This document shows, piece after piece, positions 11,201-24,523 of a stretch of DNA of 64,000 nucleotides. Position numbers and translations under genes: made by a program. Each line of letters starts with the position of its first letter. Position 1 is the first letter of the stretch. The notes under the pieces were generated by a model. It had not been told where the DNA came from, ran no database searches, and saw only the letters and a list, made by a program, of their open reading frames with translations. This DNA comes from Octopus vulgaris (lineage: Eukaryota), in the NCBI GenBank assembly GCA_951406725.2, contig OX597839.1, positions 36,456,001 through 36,520,000 on the forward strand, given 5' to 3'.

Positions 11201-14200
11201 GTCATCAAAATATGTGTACAGTATCATCAAAATATGTGTACAGTATCATCACAACGTGTACAGTATCATCACAATGTGTAATGTGTACACTGTCATCACA
11301 ATGTGTGCACAATGACATCACCACAATGTGTGTAAAACAAAAGTAAGTTTGCACAAAGTTTATAAATAGAAATTCCTAACACAACAGAATGTCTTAGAGA
11401 CATGATATTGGTTCAGAATTACAGAATGGTTTCTCTAATACATGGATATTTTAAAACATAATTCATAAAACAAGATATTTTTTTGCCAGTAAACATTATA
11501 CAATTAAAATAAAAACCATTTAAAAAAAACCCAGATCAGTTAAAATAATTTGTTAGAAATGCAAAGTGTTACAAGTTTTGCAATAAATTTATCATGGGCC
11601 ATTAAATTAGGAGGTAATTACATCAGAAGTCCATTACAATCATAAATAAATATATCATTATGACAAATACCTCGTTAATAAAATTTATCAACAAACTTTA
11701 AATCCACAGAGTAGACACACTACTAACCATTATTTACAGAGTAAATCAATGTTTCATTAACAATGGGAAACAGAGACATTCAAAGACAAGAACATCTCTT
11801 TCTGTGATTTGCAGATGTTTTAAAAAGATCTTGAAATAGGAATGATTTGTTAAACCAAGTAATAATCAATCAGTATATTGATTTCACATCACAAAAGGAA
11901 ATACAATGGCAGTGCAGCTAAGAAGCCTGCTTCTAAGAAGCTTGTAGGTATATATGCGTGGCATCTTGGGCAAGTGTCTTCTGCTACAGCCCCTGGCTAT
12001 AGTAGAAGATACTTGGATTTGGTAGACAGAAGTTGTAAGAAGCTTGTAGGTATATATGCATATATATGTTTGTGTGTTGTGTGTGTGTGTGCCCCCATAT
12101 GTTTGTTTGTATTTGTACTCTGAAAATAGAGCAGCTGAGGGCAGTGAAGTTGCTATGATTCCCTGCAAGACAACAAGTCATGTGATGTCTTTGTGTCTAC
12201 AAAAACATGTGGAATAAGAAGACCCATGCTTCAAAAACCAGGTGAAGGGTAGCAACAGAAGCTGACATCTATTTGTAAAACCATGCTAATCTGCTAACTC
12301 ATGCCAGCATGGAAAATAAATATAAAAGCAAACTGGGAATAATTTAGGAGGTTTAACTCTCATAATTTGTATTTTTAGAATATCTTTTTCCCATTTTTTT
12401 GCAATTTAAAACAACTTTTCACTGCTTTAGTCTTGTGATTCTATTTTTAAAGTTACTTTGATTTGTTTTTCCATGTATATATTGATTAAATTTAATGGTT
12501 AAATGGGGGAAGTATTTAAGAGGGAGAGAGGTGGCTTTATGCCAGGCGTTGAGGGGGTTAAAGTATGATAGAAGGACAAGCACAAGTGGTTGCCCCACAT
12601 TATAGAAGGGTGGGTGAGAGAGTTTTTGAGAAAAAGATAATCACTACCCTCTCAGTTTCTCAGTTACTCCCATCCACCCATATATAATGCACCAAAGTCA
12701 TATATTATCCCCATGGAAAGACATCTGTGCTTGTCTCTGGATCACATTTAGACAAGGGGGCTTTTTCCTTTTCTTGTAAGCTGTTTGGTGACCTCACTAG
12801 TGCCAGTGGAACCAAAAGAAGCACCCAGGATATACTGTAAAATGGTTGGTGTTAAGACGGGCATCCAGACATAGAAACCATGCCAGTGCCGATACCAGAG
12901 CACAACATAGCCCTGTGGCTTGCCAGGTCCTGTCAAACTGTGCAACCCATGCCAGAATGGGACGTTGATAATGGTTTTGTCTTTGAATTTCTTTTGCATT
13001 TGTTAATTAAACACAACATGATGGATTTACTCTGTAAATAAAAACCAAATGTTAAGAGCTGTATTTACTCTACAGACACAAAGCATGTTGATGCTAAATT
13101 CACTGATGATGTTTTTGCTTGTGATGTAATTGCTAAGATGGTGGTGGTGGGGTGATGAAATTAGTAAGCGCTGAAATGGCAGATAATTATCTATTTACTA
13201 TGATGTAATAGCATTAAAAAAAAAAAACTTTACAGGAATTACTAATTACTGTAATAACCCAATCTAAGAATCTAAGATTCAGTTAGCTTTGGTATGGTTA
13301 ATGTTCAAATTATTTCCTCAATTGCCAAAAGTGACAATCAGAAATATCACAACAAATCAGGGTTTGTTGAATAAAAAAGAAAAGAATAATTTAGATCAGT
13401 GCTCCTCAACCAGTATGCTGTGGCACACCTGTGTGCCATGGGCTGATGTTAGGTAGGCTGCAGTGTGACCTGAATATACTTTTAGTTATATTATTAGTTG
13501 AGGTGTGCCACCGAATTTTGAAAAGAATATAAGTGTACTGCAAATGGAAAAAGGTTGTGGAGCACTAATTTAGAAGGGTCTGTTCTTTTAAATTCAAGAA
13601 GATTCCTTATTGGTCCATAGAAACAAACTAAACAATATGTTCAGACTAAAGAAGAGTAGCTTTACTGTGTTTGTGGGGCTGAGGTGAAAACGCATGACCT
13701 AGTGGTTGTGGTGTTGCAGTCATGACTGCAAAATTGTGGTTTCAATTCCCAGACAGGGTGATGGGTTTTGTCCTTTAGCAAACGCCTCATTTTACATTGG
13801 TCCAGTCCACTCAGCCGCAAAAGAGTAACCTTGCAATGCACTGACATCCTGTTCTGGGAAAACATTGTCATAGTGGGCCCTTAAAGGCCATGGAAACTGG
13901 GTAACTGGTCCTATGAGTTCTAGATTTAAGACAGTGATGCCAAGGGGTTGATGAGTGCAAGGTGCTTCCCTGCCATTACCTTCAAGGTCTTGAGTTCAAT
14001 TCTCATTTGTTGAGGGTATCGGAAAGCTAAGGTATTTATATTGTTAAACTTAGTCAGAGCAAAGGGTACATCATTCTGCTAGCCTTAACAAGCCCTGGTA
14101 AAAAACAGGGTTCTACTTGTTATGGTTAATTTATCCAACTGAAGGAAACGGTTGCAGTTGATGAAAATGGAAGTTAGCAAAATATAAAATGTATTCTCCA

Positions 14201-17200
14201 AAATTTGGAACCTTGGCAACAAGGGAGGTAAATCAGTGTGGCATATTCTGAGTTTCAATGCTGCTTTGGATAAGGTTCCATCGTGGATTGTCAGGTTTTT
14301 TGGTTTTTTTTTGCCTCTGAAAAGCGCAACAGATTTAATTGAAATCTGTCATAATAGACTAATAGGTGCAGGTATGGCTGTGTGGCACTTTTGGTAAGTG
14401 TTTGCTACAACAGACCCAGGCCAACCAAAGCCTTCCGAGTGAATTTGGAAGATGGAAACTGAAAGCCCATCATGTGTGTGTGTGTGTGTGTGTATGTATG
14501 TACATGTGTTTGTTTGTGTGTATGTATGTGTGTGTGTATGTACATGTGAGTGTGTGTGTGTATGTATGTACATGTGTGTTTGTGTATGTACATGTGTGTG
14601 TATGTACATGTGTGTGTGTGCCTTTGTGTTTGTCACCCACCACCTCTTGACAACCGGTGTTGGTTTGTTTACACCCTTCTGACTTGGCAGCTCAGCAAAA
14701 GGGAAAATGGAATAAGTACTAGATTAAAAAAAAAAGGGAAAAAAAATCTAAGCAGTGTTTTTTTTAAAAACTGTGCACACATTTTACAGCTAGAGCACAA
14801 AGGAAAATGATGTGCATACAAGGTTTCCAAGATGAAATTCGCAAACAAGCAAATTACTGTTTGCACCCACAGCAAAAGAATCAGAGGGGTTCATTGGTTT
14901 CGAAACTACAACCTCATCTGGTTGGGTCTTATTTGTATTTTCTTGGTGTTTAAACAACTGCGATTAGAAATTTCTCACTGAACGGGACATCAGTCTGTCA
15001 GAATTACCTCCCCTGCATCCATCAGCCGTCTCTTCTCCATCTTCAGCTGAGCGGACGGAAGCAAGAATGAAATGAATTGATAATGAGGTGACAAAGAGTT
15101 TCACTGAACATAAACACAGGCGCAGGAGTGGCTGTGTGGTAAGTAGCTTGTTTACCAACCACATGGTTCCGGGTTCAGTCCCACTGCGTGGCATCTTGGG
15201 CAAGTGTCTTCTAAAATAGCCTCGGGCCGACCAAAGCCTTGTGAGTGGATTTGGTAGACGGAAACTGAAAGAAGCCCGTCGTATATATGTATATATATAT
15301 GTGCTTGTGTGTCTGTGTTTGTCCCCTTAGCATTGCTTGACAACCGATGCTGGTGTGTTTACGTCCCCGTCGCTTAGCGGTTCGGCAAAAGAGACCGATA
15401 GAATGAGTACTGGACTTACAAAAGAATAAATCCCGGGGTCGAGTTTCTCGATTAAAGGCGGTGCTCCAGCATGGTCGCAGTCAAATGACTGAAACAAGTA
15501 AAAGAGTAAAGAGGTGCAGGAGGAGTGTGGTAAGAAGTCTGCTTCTCAACCAATATGGTTTCAGAATCAGTCCCCCTGTGCAGCACCTTGGGGAAAATGT
15601 CTTCTACTGTTGCCCCAAGATAACCAAAGCCTCCTGAGAGAAACTGAAAGACGTCTTTTGTGTGTATGCGTGTGCACATGCATGCGTTTTACTGTCTCTA
15701 GGCCTTGACACTGAGCGACGGTTGTAAGCGAGTGTCACCGTCATACAGACGATGTCCTTTGCAATCTTCCAAGACACTTCTGGTCATAGGGAAATATTAC
15801 CCTACTTGAAAACAGGTAAGGGTTAGCAACACAAAGGGCACATGGCCGTAGAAAACCCACCTCAACAAATTCCATTTGACCCATGTGGGCAAGGAAAAGG
15901 GGACATTAAACAAGGATGATGAATTCAAAGATAAGAGTTGACCTAAGGGTCTATCATATACCCAAGAATTTCAGTTTCCATGGCATAAGGGTGACAGAGA
16001 TTACAATACCTCCACTGAAAGGGACACTAGTTCGTTGCCATGTTAACTTCCTAGTTATTGTTGGAACTCATATTCAGTTGAGTGGACTGGGGCAAAGTGA
16101 AATGAAGCACCTTGCTTAAGAATACAATGCACTGCCTGGTCCAGGAACTGAAACCACAATCTCACAATTGTGAGTGTAACACCTCAGTCACTAAACTATG
16201 CACCTTCTAAATGTAAGGGTTTGGTATGGGAAGAGGGAAGAATATGGCTGAAGAGTTTGGGTTCACAGGGTTTAAGTGGAGCTGCCCTAGGCCAAGCACT
16301 AACAGTTAGCTTTTAAACTGCTTAGATGTGTGTTGGTACCACATTTTTTTTTGTTAGATGTATGTTGGTACTACAGTCTACTTAGATGTGTGTTGGTACC
16401 ATAGGCTACTTAGATGTATGTTGGTACCACAGTCTACTAAGATGCATGTTGGTACCACAGTCTACTTATATGCGTGTTGGTACCACAGTCTACTTATATG
16501 CGTGTTGGTACCACAGTCTACTTAGATGCGTGTTGGTACCACAGTCTACTTAGATGTGTGTTGGTACCACAGTCTACTTAGATGCGTGTTGGTACCACAG
16601 TCTACTTAGATGCATGTTGGTACCACAGTCTACTTAGATGTGTGTTGGTACCACAGTCTATTTAGATGTGTGTTGGTACCACAGTCTACTTAGATGCATG
16701 TTGGTACCACAGTCTACTTAGATGTGTGTTGGTACCACAATCTATCAAAGTGTATGTAGTACCACAGTCTTTTTAGATGAATGCAGATACCGCAAAGTGG
16801 TTTCTATATATTTAGTTAACTTTTCAGGTCAGTTAGATCCAGGTCTCTTGAATAAAAACAGAGCACAAAATATGAAGAAACCACTACATGTGAAAGGTGG
16901 TTAACTCCCTCACACAACCAATGCTGGGTTTTCAAATATCTAAATTAAAGTAGATACAATATACAAAAACACTGTTAGAAGATAAAACATCAATAAGAAT
17001 ACGAACAAGGATATTGAATTGTTACCTTAAAAATATTTAATGGCCCAGATATTTTGGGTAATATACCCTTTTACAAAATTTTTATGAGAGATAGCGAGAA
17101 TAAATGTATTTGAATGACTCTTTTACAAGCCAGACATGTCAACTTAAACAGAAATTTATTATTCCCTCCAGTTCTCTTAAATCTTTGAAAAGGAGTATTT

Positions 17201-20200
17201 TGCCCAAAATATCAAAACCATTGAACATTTTTGAGGTAACGTTTTGGTATCTTTGTTCTTGATCTTATTGATGTTTAATAGTCAAATGACATTGCTGCAG
17301 TCATCTAACACAATGCTTCAAACAAATTACAACACTCATCATATGACAAGTACTTTCATTCTGATCAGGCCTGGTGGCTCTTGGTTTCAAGGAAGAAAGG
17401 AATGAAAATAGAATGTTGTCATGCTTCATGCCTTTCTCAAATACACTAGCTTAATAATTGAAGTGAATCTGTACCAACAGACATCTTAAACAAGGCTGGA
17501 GTCTTGAAACATCAAGAGCTGATGTCTTGACCTCAATCAACTTAAGAAAATATATATATATATAAAAAAAAATTCTCTCAACACAGTAAAAAAAAAATAA
17601 AGAAAAATTGCTGGAAAGCAGAATTAACAAAAAATAAAAAAAAAATAGGTAAATAAAAAGGTGTTAATAAAAAGAAAATTGCAGTTAATAAAAGCGGTGT
17701 TACAGCCAGGGTTTGAACTTAAACATTGCAGATTTACAAACAAATGATGAAGCGAAGCAGACAAAAGCAACAGGAGATGGAGAGAGAGGCTGGGGAGAGC
17801 AGGGATGCTGGGGAGAGCAAGGATGCTGGGAAGACAATGGGTTTGAAATAACATCATTTAGGATTGTTAAAGAAGAAAATAATGGTGTTGGATTTGTTGG
17901 TTGTAAGACACCATCACCAGAGATGGTGGTAGTGGGGAAGATTAATGATAGGTTTGCAAGGGGTAGGGAATGGTTTTTGATAGAATGTTCAAAGGAATTG
18001 GGAGAGAGAGAGAGAGAGAGAGAGCGAGGGAAGAAGGTTCAGTAAGGTGATGGTGGTGAAGTAACGTCCTAGAAGTTAGTGGAGGTGGGGGCTTTTTTTT
18101 CTTTTTTTTTTCTAGTTTCAGCTCAGAGCTGCGGCCATGCTGATGCACCGCCATTTAGAGTACAACAGGGGTTGCCACCATCCCCTGCCGGAGCCTTGTG
18201 CAGCTTTTTAGGTGTTTTCGCTCAATAAACACGCACAACGCCCGGTCTGGGAATTGAAACCGCGATCCTCCAACCGCGAGTCCGCTGCTCTAACCACTGG
18301 GCCATTGCGCCGCCACTTATGTATACTATTTGCTGCTATCCTCCTATAGCACAAAATAACTCATATAAAAAAAACCTGCAGAAATTTTTTCGATAAATTC
18401 TCTTTTCTTTGAGAAGGTCACATGATGAGTAGAATGAGATGACATGAAAGGTGAAAGGTTAACATGTGTCAGTGTGTGTGTGTGTGTGTGTGTTAAATTT
18501 TGGAAATATTGGTTTCAAGGAGAACCCAAACAGAAAAATGTAGTTTTAAGACATTAGTCTACTCGAAAGCCTTGTGAGTGATTTGGCAACAGGAAACTGA
18601 AAGAAGCCTATTGTGTAAGGTATGTCTGTGTGTCTCTTTTGTTTTGACATTGCATGGAGATTGAACCAGCATTGCCATCATGAAAGCAGTGTCTTTTGTT
18701 TCCCTATCTTCTATGAAAACATTTCTGACCATAGGGAAATATCTTGTGGGGGAGAAAAAAAGTGACAGTTGATGGCAGGAAGGGTCTCCAGCCATAGAAA
18801 ATTTGCCTTAAATAATCCCTTTTCACCCATGCAATCAAAGAGAAGTGGATGTTAAAATAATGATGATGAGGACCCCATAGCCAGGTGTTGAAACATTCTT
18901 TACTTTTCTATTCTAGGAACAAGGCCCGAAATTTTAGGGGATGGGACCTGTTGATTAGATCGACTCCAGTACACAACTGGTACTTAATTTATCGACCCCG
19001 AAAGGATGAAAGGCAAAGTTGACCTCAGCAGAATTTGAACTCAGAATGTAAAGACAGTTGAAATACCTATTTCTTTATTACCCACAAGGGGCTAAACATA
19101 GAGGGGACAGACATAGGTATTAAGTCGATTATATCGACCCCAGTGCCTAACTGGTACTTAATTTATCGACCCCAAAAGGATGAAAGGCAAAGTCGACCTC
19201 AGCAGAATTTGATCTCAGAACGTAAAAACAGTTGAAATACCGCTAAGCATTTCGCCCAGTGTGCTAACGTTTCTGCCAGCTCACTGCCTTACAACTGCAC
19301 AAGTTATGTTGTAACTCCTTGACAAGGTACATAACTCAGACAACATCAGTCTACCAAGTGCAGTGGTTCTTGACTATATTTTTTTGGCTGTGGACCCTTT
19401 CACACCCATAGTCATTCGAAGTTTTAATAGATCCCATTATATTTTATAATTAAATATTATTAGGAATTGTATAAAAAAATTGTTAAAATATTTTGTGTAT
19501 TGTAAAGGTATTATTTATTGCATGCAATTCTTAATATATTTTATATGGACCCTGGTTGAAAAGCATTGATCTAGTGAATGGAAAAGTTCCAGCCCTCTAG
19601 CAGATAGAAGTGGGATGAAAAGTAGAGATATGTGTGATAAAATAAATGTTCCAGCATTGAGTAGATGCTTAAATTTACAAACCAGCCCAACCCATAGATG
19701 TAAATAAATACAGTGAGCCTTAAATAAAATTGCGGTGGACTTCGGGGAGAAACTATATGGTAGGGAGATCTAAAAATTATTGAGGAGTTAAAATTCCAGG
19801 AAAAACAGGCCAAAAAATGAATGTGTAGGATATGGGAGCTACTCAGGGTAGAGGCAAGTAATAAAAGGTATATTGCTGGTCTACAGGGGAGAGTAAGGGG
19901 ATATTTTAGTAATTCAGTAGAGGATGTTATCTGGACAGAGAGAGAGAAAGAGAGGCAGAAAGATGGGGAGATAAAGAGGAGGATAGGTGAGAGGGAAGAA
20001 ATGGAAAGGATGCAGTGTAAGGGGGAGGAAAGAAAGAAGAGAGAGAGAATGTATTATGCGCATGTGAGTTAATTGCATCTTGGAAAATCTATAGATGAGA
20101 AAGCAAGGGAGCAGAACGAGAAATAAAGGAAAGGGTAAAGAGAGCCAGGGAGATTGAGTGCAAGGAACAGAAGAGGGAGAGAAAAGTGAGAGAGAAAGGG

Positions 20201-20343
20201 ACAAATATATAAGAGGGAGGGAATGAGGGTGAGAAAGAGAGGGAATGAGCAGGCTAGAAAGGGAGAGAGAAAGAGAGGGAGCGAGAGAGCAGGCCAAAAG
20301 GGGAGAGAGAAAGAGCAGGCCAAAAAAGAGAGAGAGAGAAAGA

Positions 20344-20379
<36 letters not shown>

Positions 20380-20543
20380 AGGCCAATAAGTGAGAGAGAA
20401 ACAAGAACAGGTTAGAGATGGATGAAGAGAGGGAGACAGATAGAGGAAAAGAAGAGTAGTGAGTGAGAGAGAGAGGAATAAAAGAAGAGTGGGCCAGTAA
20501 GGGAGGGAGGGAAAGAGGAGGAGGAGGAAAGTGGGTAAGGGGG

Positions 20544-20581
<38 letters not shown>

Positions 20582-23500
20582 GAGCGGGCTAATGAGGGAG
20601 AGATGTAATGTAGCAGCAGAAAGACACTCAGTAGTAGTTCTTACATACCTAAGTGATGAAGGGTCATGTTCACTGTGCGAACTATCAGGTGGAGAAGGAG
20701 AAGGCAACCTTAAGTCCGTGCTCCCCCTAGAGCTCACTTCTGATAAATGATCACCCATCAGCTCAGCTTCAAATTCACGCGAAGGAGACTTCTGTGAATG
20801 ACCGTTCTTTGGACTGTACTCCACGGGGCAACCTGTCAACCAATGCTCCACGTTATGTGCTTCTGTGTTATTTAGACTGTCCCTGGCGCTTGGTAAGCGG
20901 GCAGGGCCCGGAGGAGGTCTCCGTCTGTTCATGGCAGGCTGGCTTCCATTGCCATAGAGACATTCAGAGCCTCTATCATTGCCATTCTGAGCACCATTTG
21001 GGATAACTCCCATTGTCTGTCGACCGTTCCTGTAAGAGGCATGGTGGTCGCTATGGTTTGACCTATCTGATGGCTTCTCTTTCATGGAATGAGAGATGTG
21101 GGAGTGAGGAGGTTTTGATGCAGCCTTCCTGCATGCAGAAGTATTTCCTAGTGATACAGTTCGTTGTACTTGATGGTGGTGGTCCTTGGACTGTTGAGAA
21201 GTTGAGCTTATGGAATTGGAAATGTGTGAAGCAGCACTGCCATGCTGTGCCTGGACTGGTCGCCCGACATCGGGTGATGAAGATGATTGCTGGTTTGTGA
21301 CCTCTGTCATGCTTTGTGGCCGATTCCTATGGCCATTAATCTGCAATTAGCCAGAAGCTCATGTGTAATGAAGGGGTTACCGTAAACAGCTCGTGTTGCA
21401 TTCAACAGGTTTAGTAAAATGAAGCTAGAAATTTATCCACATAAAAGAAGAAATAAAATGATAAATAAAACAACAACCTATTATCTCTTGTCCATTCATT
21501 CTTATTACATTCGGGCAGATTTGAGTGTGAATACCTGATTGCAGCTGTGCTTTGCTACCTGGAAACATCACTTCCCTTTAGGCAACGTGTGTTCATTGAA
21601 ACACCATGGTGTCTCAAAGTGCCCCTTTTTACTGGTGAATCATGCATACTATGAACAAACATTATCTAAAGGGAGGTGTTGGTCTCTGCTGATGAAAAAA
21701 CAACAGGGATCAGATATTCAGGTTCAAATCTGCTTGAATGTACTGAGAGTGAATAGGATGCATTATTGCTTGGATTCTTGCTGTTCTGCGTGCACCCCGT
21801 GAATAATGAAGAAAATCTTTTCTGCCAATATAACAGAAAACACAGCCATCTTGTTCTACAAAGAACTGTCATGGAGGTGGGTGGGTGGGGGGAGTTCAGG
21901 TAAGCTTTTAAGAGGACAGAAAAAAAGAAAAAAAAAACCAGTCTCATTTAACCCTTTAGTGTTCGCATTATTCTGCCAACATTAAATCCTTTTTTATCCA
22001 CATTGCCTTGAACTAATCAGGCATTATCTTGTAGTTATGAGATTTTGATGAGGTAGCTGTTAATTTTTAAAACGATATTGTAGGGTTGGTGTGAGAGACC
22101 AGATCTGGCCAGTTTGAACATAAAACAGGCAGAATACTTTTGGCCGCATATGGCCGGTTTAAATGCTAAAGGGTTAAAGATGTTTGGTTGTCTTAACGAT
22201 TTCGTTGTTAACCAAACTAGAATGAAATAAGAGTATGAGACATTTTGGTACAGCTGTTTCGGTGCTGCCTAGATGGCACTTCTGATACAACGCTGGCTTA
22301 TTTGACATCAAATGGTTTTACCCTTTAGCATTCAAATTACTCGGTCAAATGTGACATCTATTTATTCACATCGTTTTGAATTAATCAGCCATTATCTCGC
22401 AGCTTCAAGACTTTGATGAAGGGATTGTTTATTTTTAGAACGACATTGTTGAGTGGGTACAAGAGGCCAGATCTGGTTGGTTTGAACATATAACAAGTAG
22501 AATATTTAAGCTGAATATTACCAGTTTAAATGCTAAAGGGATAATGTTTCTTTCATCCTTTCACTCCTTTCTTCTTTCTTTCTCTCACTCTGAGTATAAA
22601 ATGAGGGAAAGGGTTTATATCACTCATGTTCAATTAAATTGTAATCTTTCTCATTCTTTCTGTCTGTGTGTCTATTTCTTCACATGCATGCATCACCGAA
22701 ACTGTCACCAAAACAGGCTGAATGTCCAGTCAGCTGTGCCAAATCGTCAGCATCGAAACAGCCACGTTCAACCGTCACATTGCAAAAAATATAACTAAAT
22801 AGATATTTATTTCTTTACTACCCACAAGGGGCTAAACACAGAGGGGACAAACAAGGACAGACAAAGCAATTAAGTCGATTCCATCAACCCCAGTGCATAA
22901 CTGGTCCTTAATTTATCAACCCTGAAAGGATGAAAGGCAAAGTCGACCTCGGCGGAATTTGAACTCAGAACGTAATGGCAGACGAAATACGGCTACACAT
23001 TTCACCCGGCGTGCTACCGTTTCTGCCAGCTCGCCGCCTTTATTACTAAATAGATATTGCCTAGCTTTATAGGGGAGATGTTCTTGGAGAATATATAACA
23101 AGATGGTGAAATAAAGATCCAAAAGAGATTTGAAAAAAAGGAAAAAAATAAGAGATATTCAGGTATTTTTTCACATCCTGCCCTAATTCGGGATTTCTGA
23201 AATACAAATATTACTCACAGCTGCCAATGTTACAGGTTTAACCTGCAACATTTTAGGCATGACAATACAGTTTAAGACTTAAATCTAGACCAGATAATAC
23301 AAGATATCTTTACAGAGAGAGAGAGAGAGAGAGAATGTCTGGTAATGGTTACATGAAAACTGAAGGAGATCAAATCAGATTAACACACTTATTCAATCGG
23401 TGATAAGGTTATTCACCAGGACATCTTTTGCAGTAAAACTTTTGTGCAGGCATGCTTTGAGGTTAAGAAATCGGTGCAGACATCATAGTGTGGTTAAGAA

Positions 23501-24167
23501 GTTTGCTTCCCAATCATGTGGCTTTGGGTTCAATCCCATATTGAGCAAGCATTATCTCCTGTAACCCTAGGCCGACCAAAACTTTGTGAATGTTAACCCT
23601 TTTGTTACCATATTTCTGTTGAAATACGCTGCCTTCGTTTTGTTTTAATTTTGTTAAATATCAAAGAATTTAGTGAAATACCTGTCTTCATTAAGTCAAT
23701 GTTCAGGACAAAATTAACATGGAATTTTAATGAAAGATTTTAATTTAGATCTCTTAAAAACAATAATTCTGCGTCATAAAACCAAGGGGCAGTCTCAGAG
23801 AAGGCTTCATACCAAAAGGGTTAAATTTACTTTAATTCCAAAGAACAAACACTTTTTTTTTCCAATTCAGGTGCTACAACCAGATATACCCCACCCTCAC
23901 AGGGACTGTTATGCATTCGTAATTCACTCCTGGTATTGCAGATACTCTCCGCTCTTGATGTAAACAATCTATGACTAACATATATATACACACACATATA
24001 CATACATACACACAGAGGCAATATAAACAGGCTGATCGATATTTTAAGGACATATATATTTTATATATATATATATTTTAAGGACATATATATTTTATAT
24101 ATATATATATTTTAAGGACATATATATTTTATATATATATATATATTTTATATATATATATATTTTA

Positions 24168-24209
<42 letters not shown>

Positions 24210-24464
24210 AAGGACATATATATCTTATATATATATATTTAGGAGATGCAAAAGATGGAGTGTATCTGTGAGTGTTTAGAAACAGAGGACAATGTTTGCT
24301 TCTAAACTTGGAGTAGCAACACAAACAGAAACAACAATAACAACAGCACTGAAAACAGGTTAAAAGGAGACATTCAATAGAATATGGTCTCCCATATCAA
24401 ACAATATAGCAACATATCAAACGGCATAAAAAATATATATCAAACAAATACATAAAATGTATCA

Positions 24465-24523
<59 letters not shown>

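Noticed and set aside
15119-15195. tRNA genes at SINE heads
   Set aside because: A and B boxes are present, but there is no full cloverleaf and each continues into a shared SINE body.
16321-16790. CRISPR-like array
   Set aside because: Units are contiguous with no unique spacers, there are no cas genes, and the context is a eukaryotic intron.
20069-20648. C-terminal half of the 425-aa ORF, an apparent hydrophobic Leu/Ser domain
   Set aside because: It is read-through into a CT-rich intron tract. A good donor at 20648 joins in phase to the exon at 10470.
21341-21424. Upstream alternative acceptor extending the large exon
   Set aside because: The extension contains an in-frame TAA.
22245-22290. 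Hammerhead-like GAAACAGCTGT with a hairpin on the minus strand
   Set aside because: It lacks a CUGANGA box.
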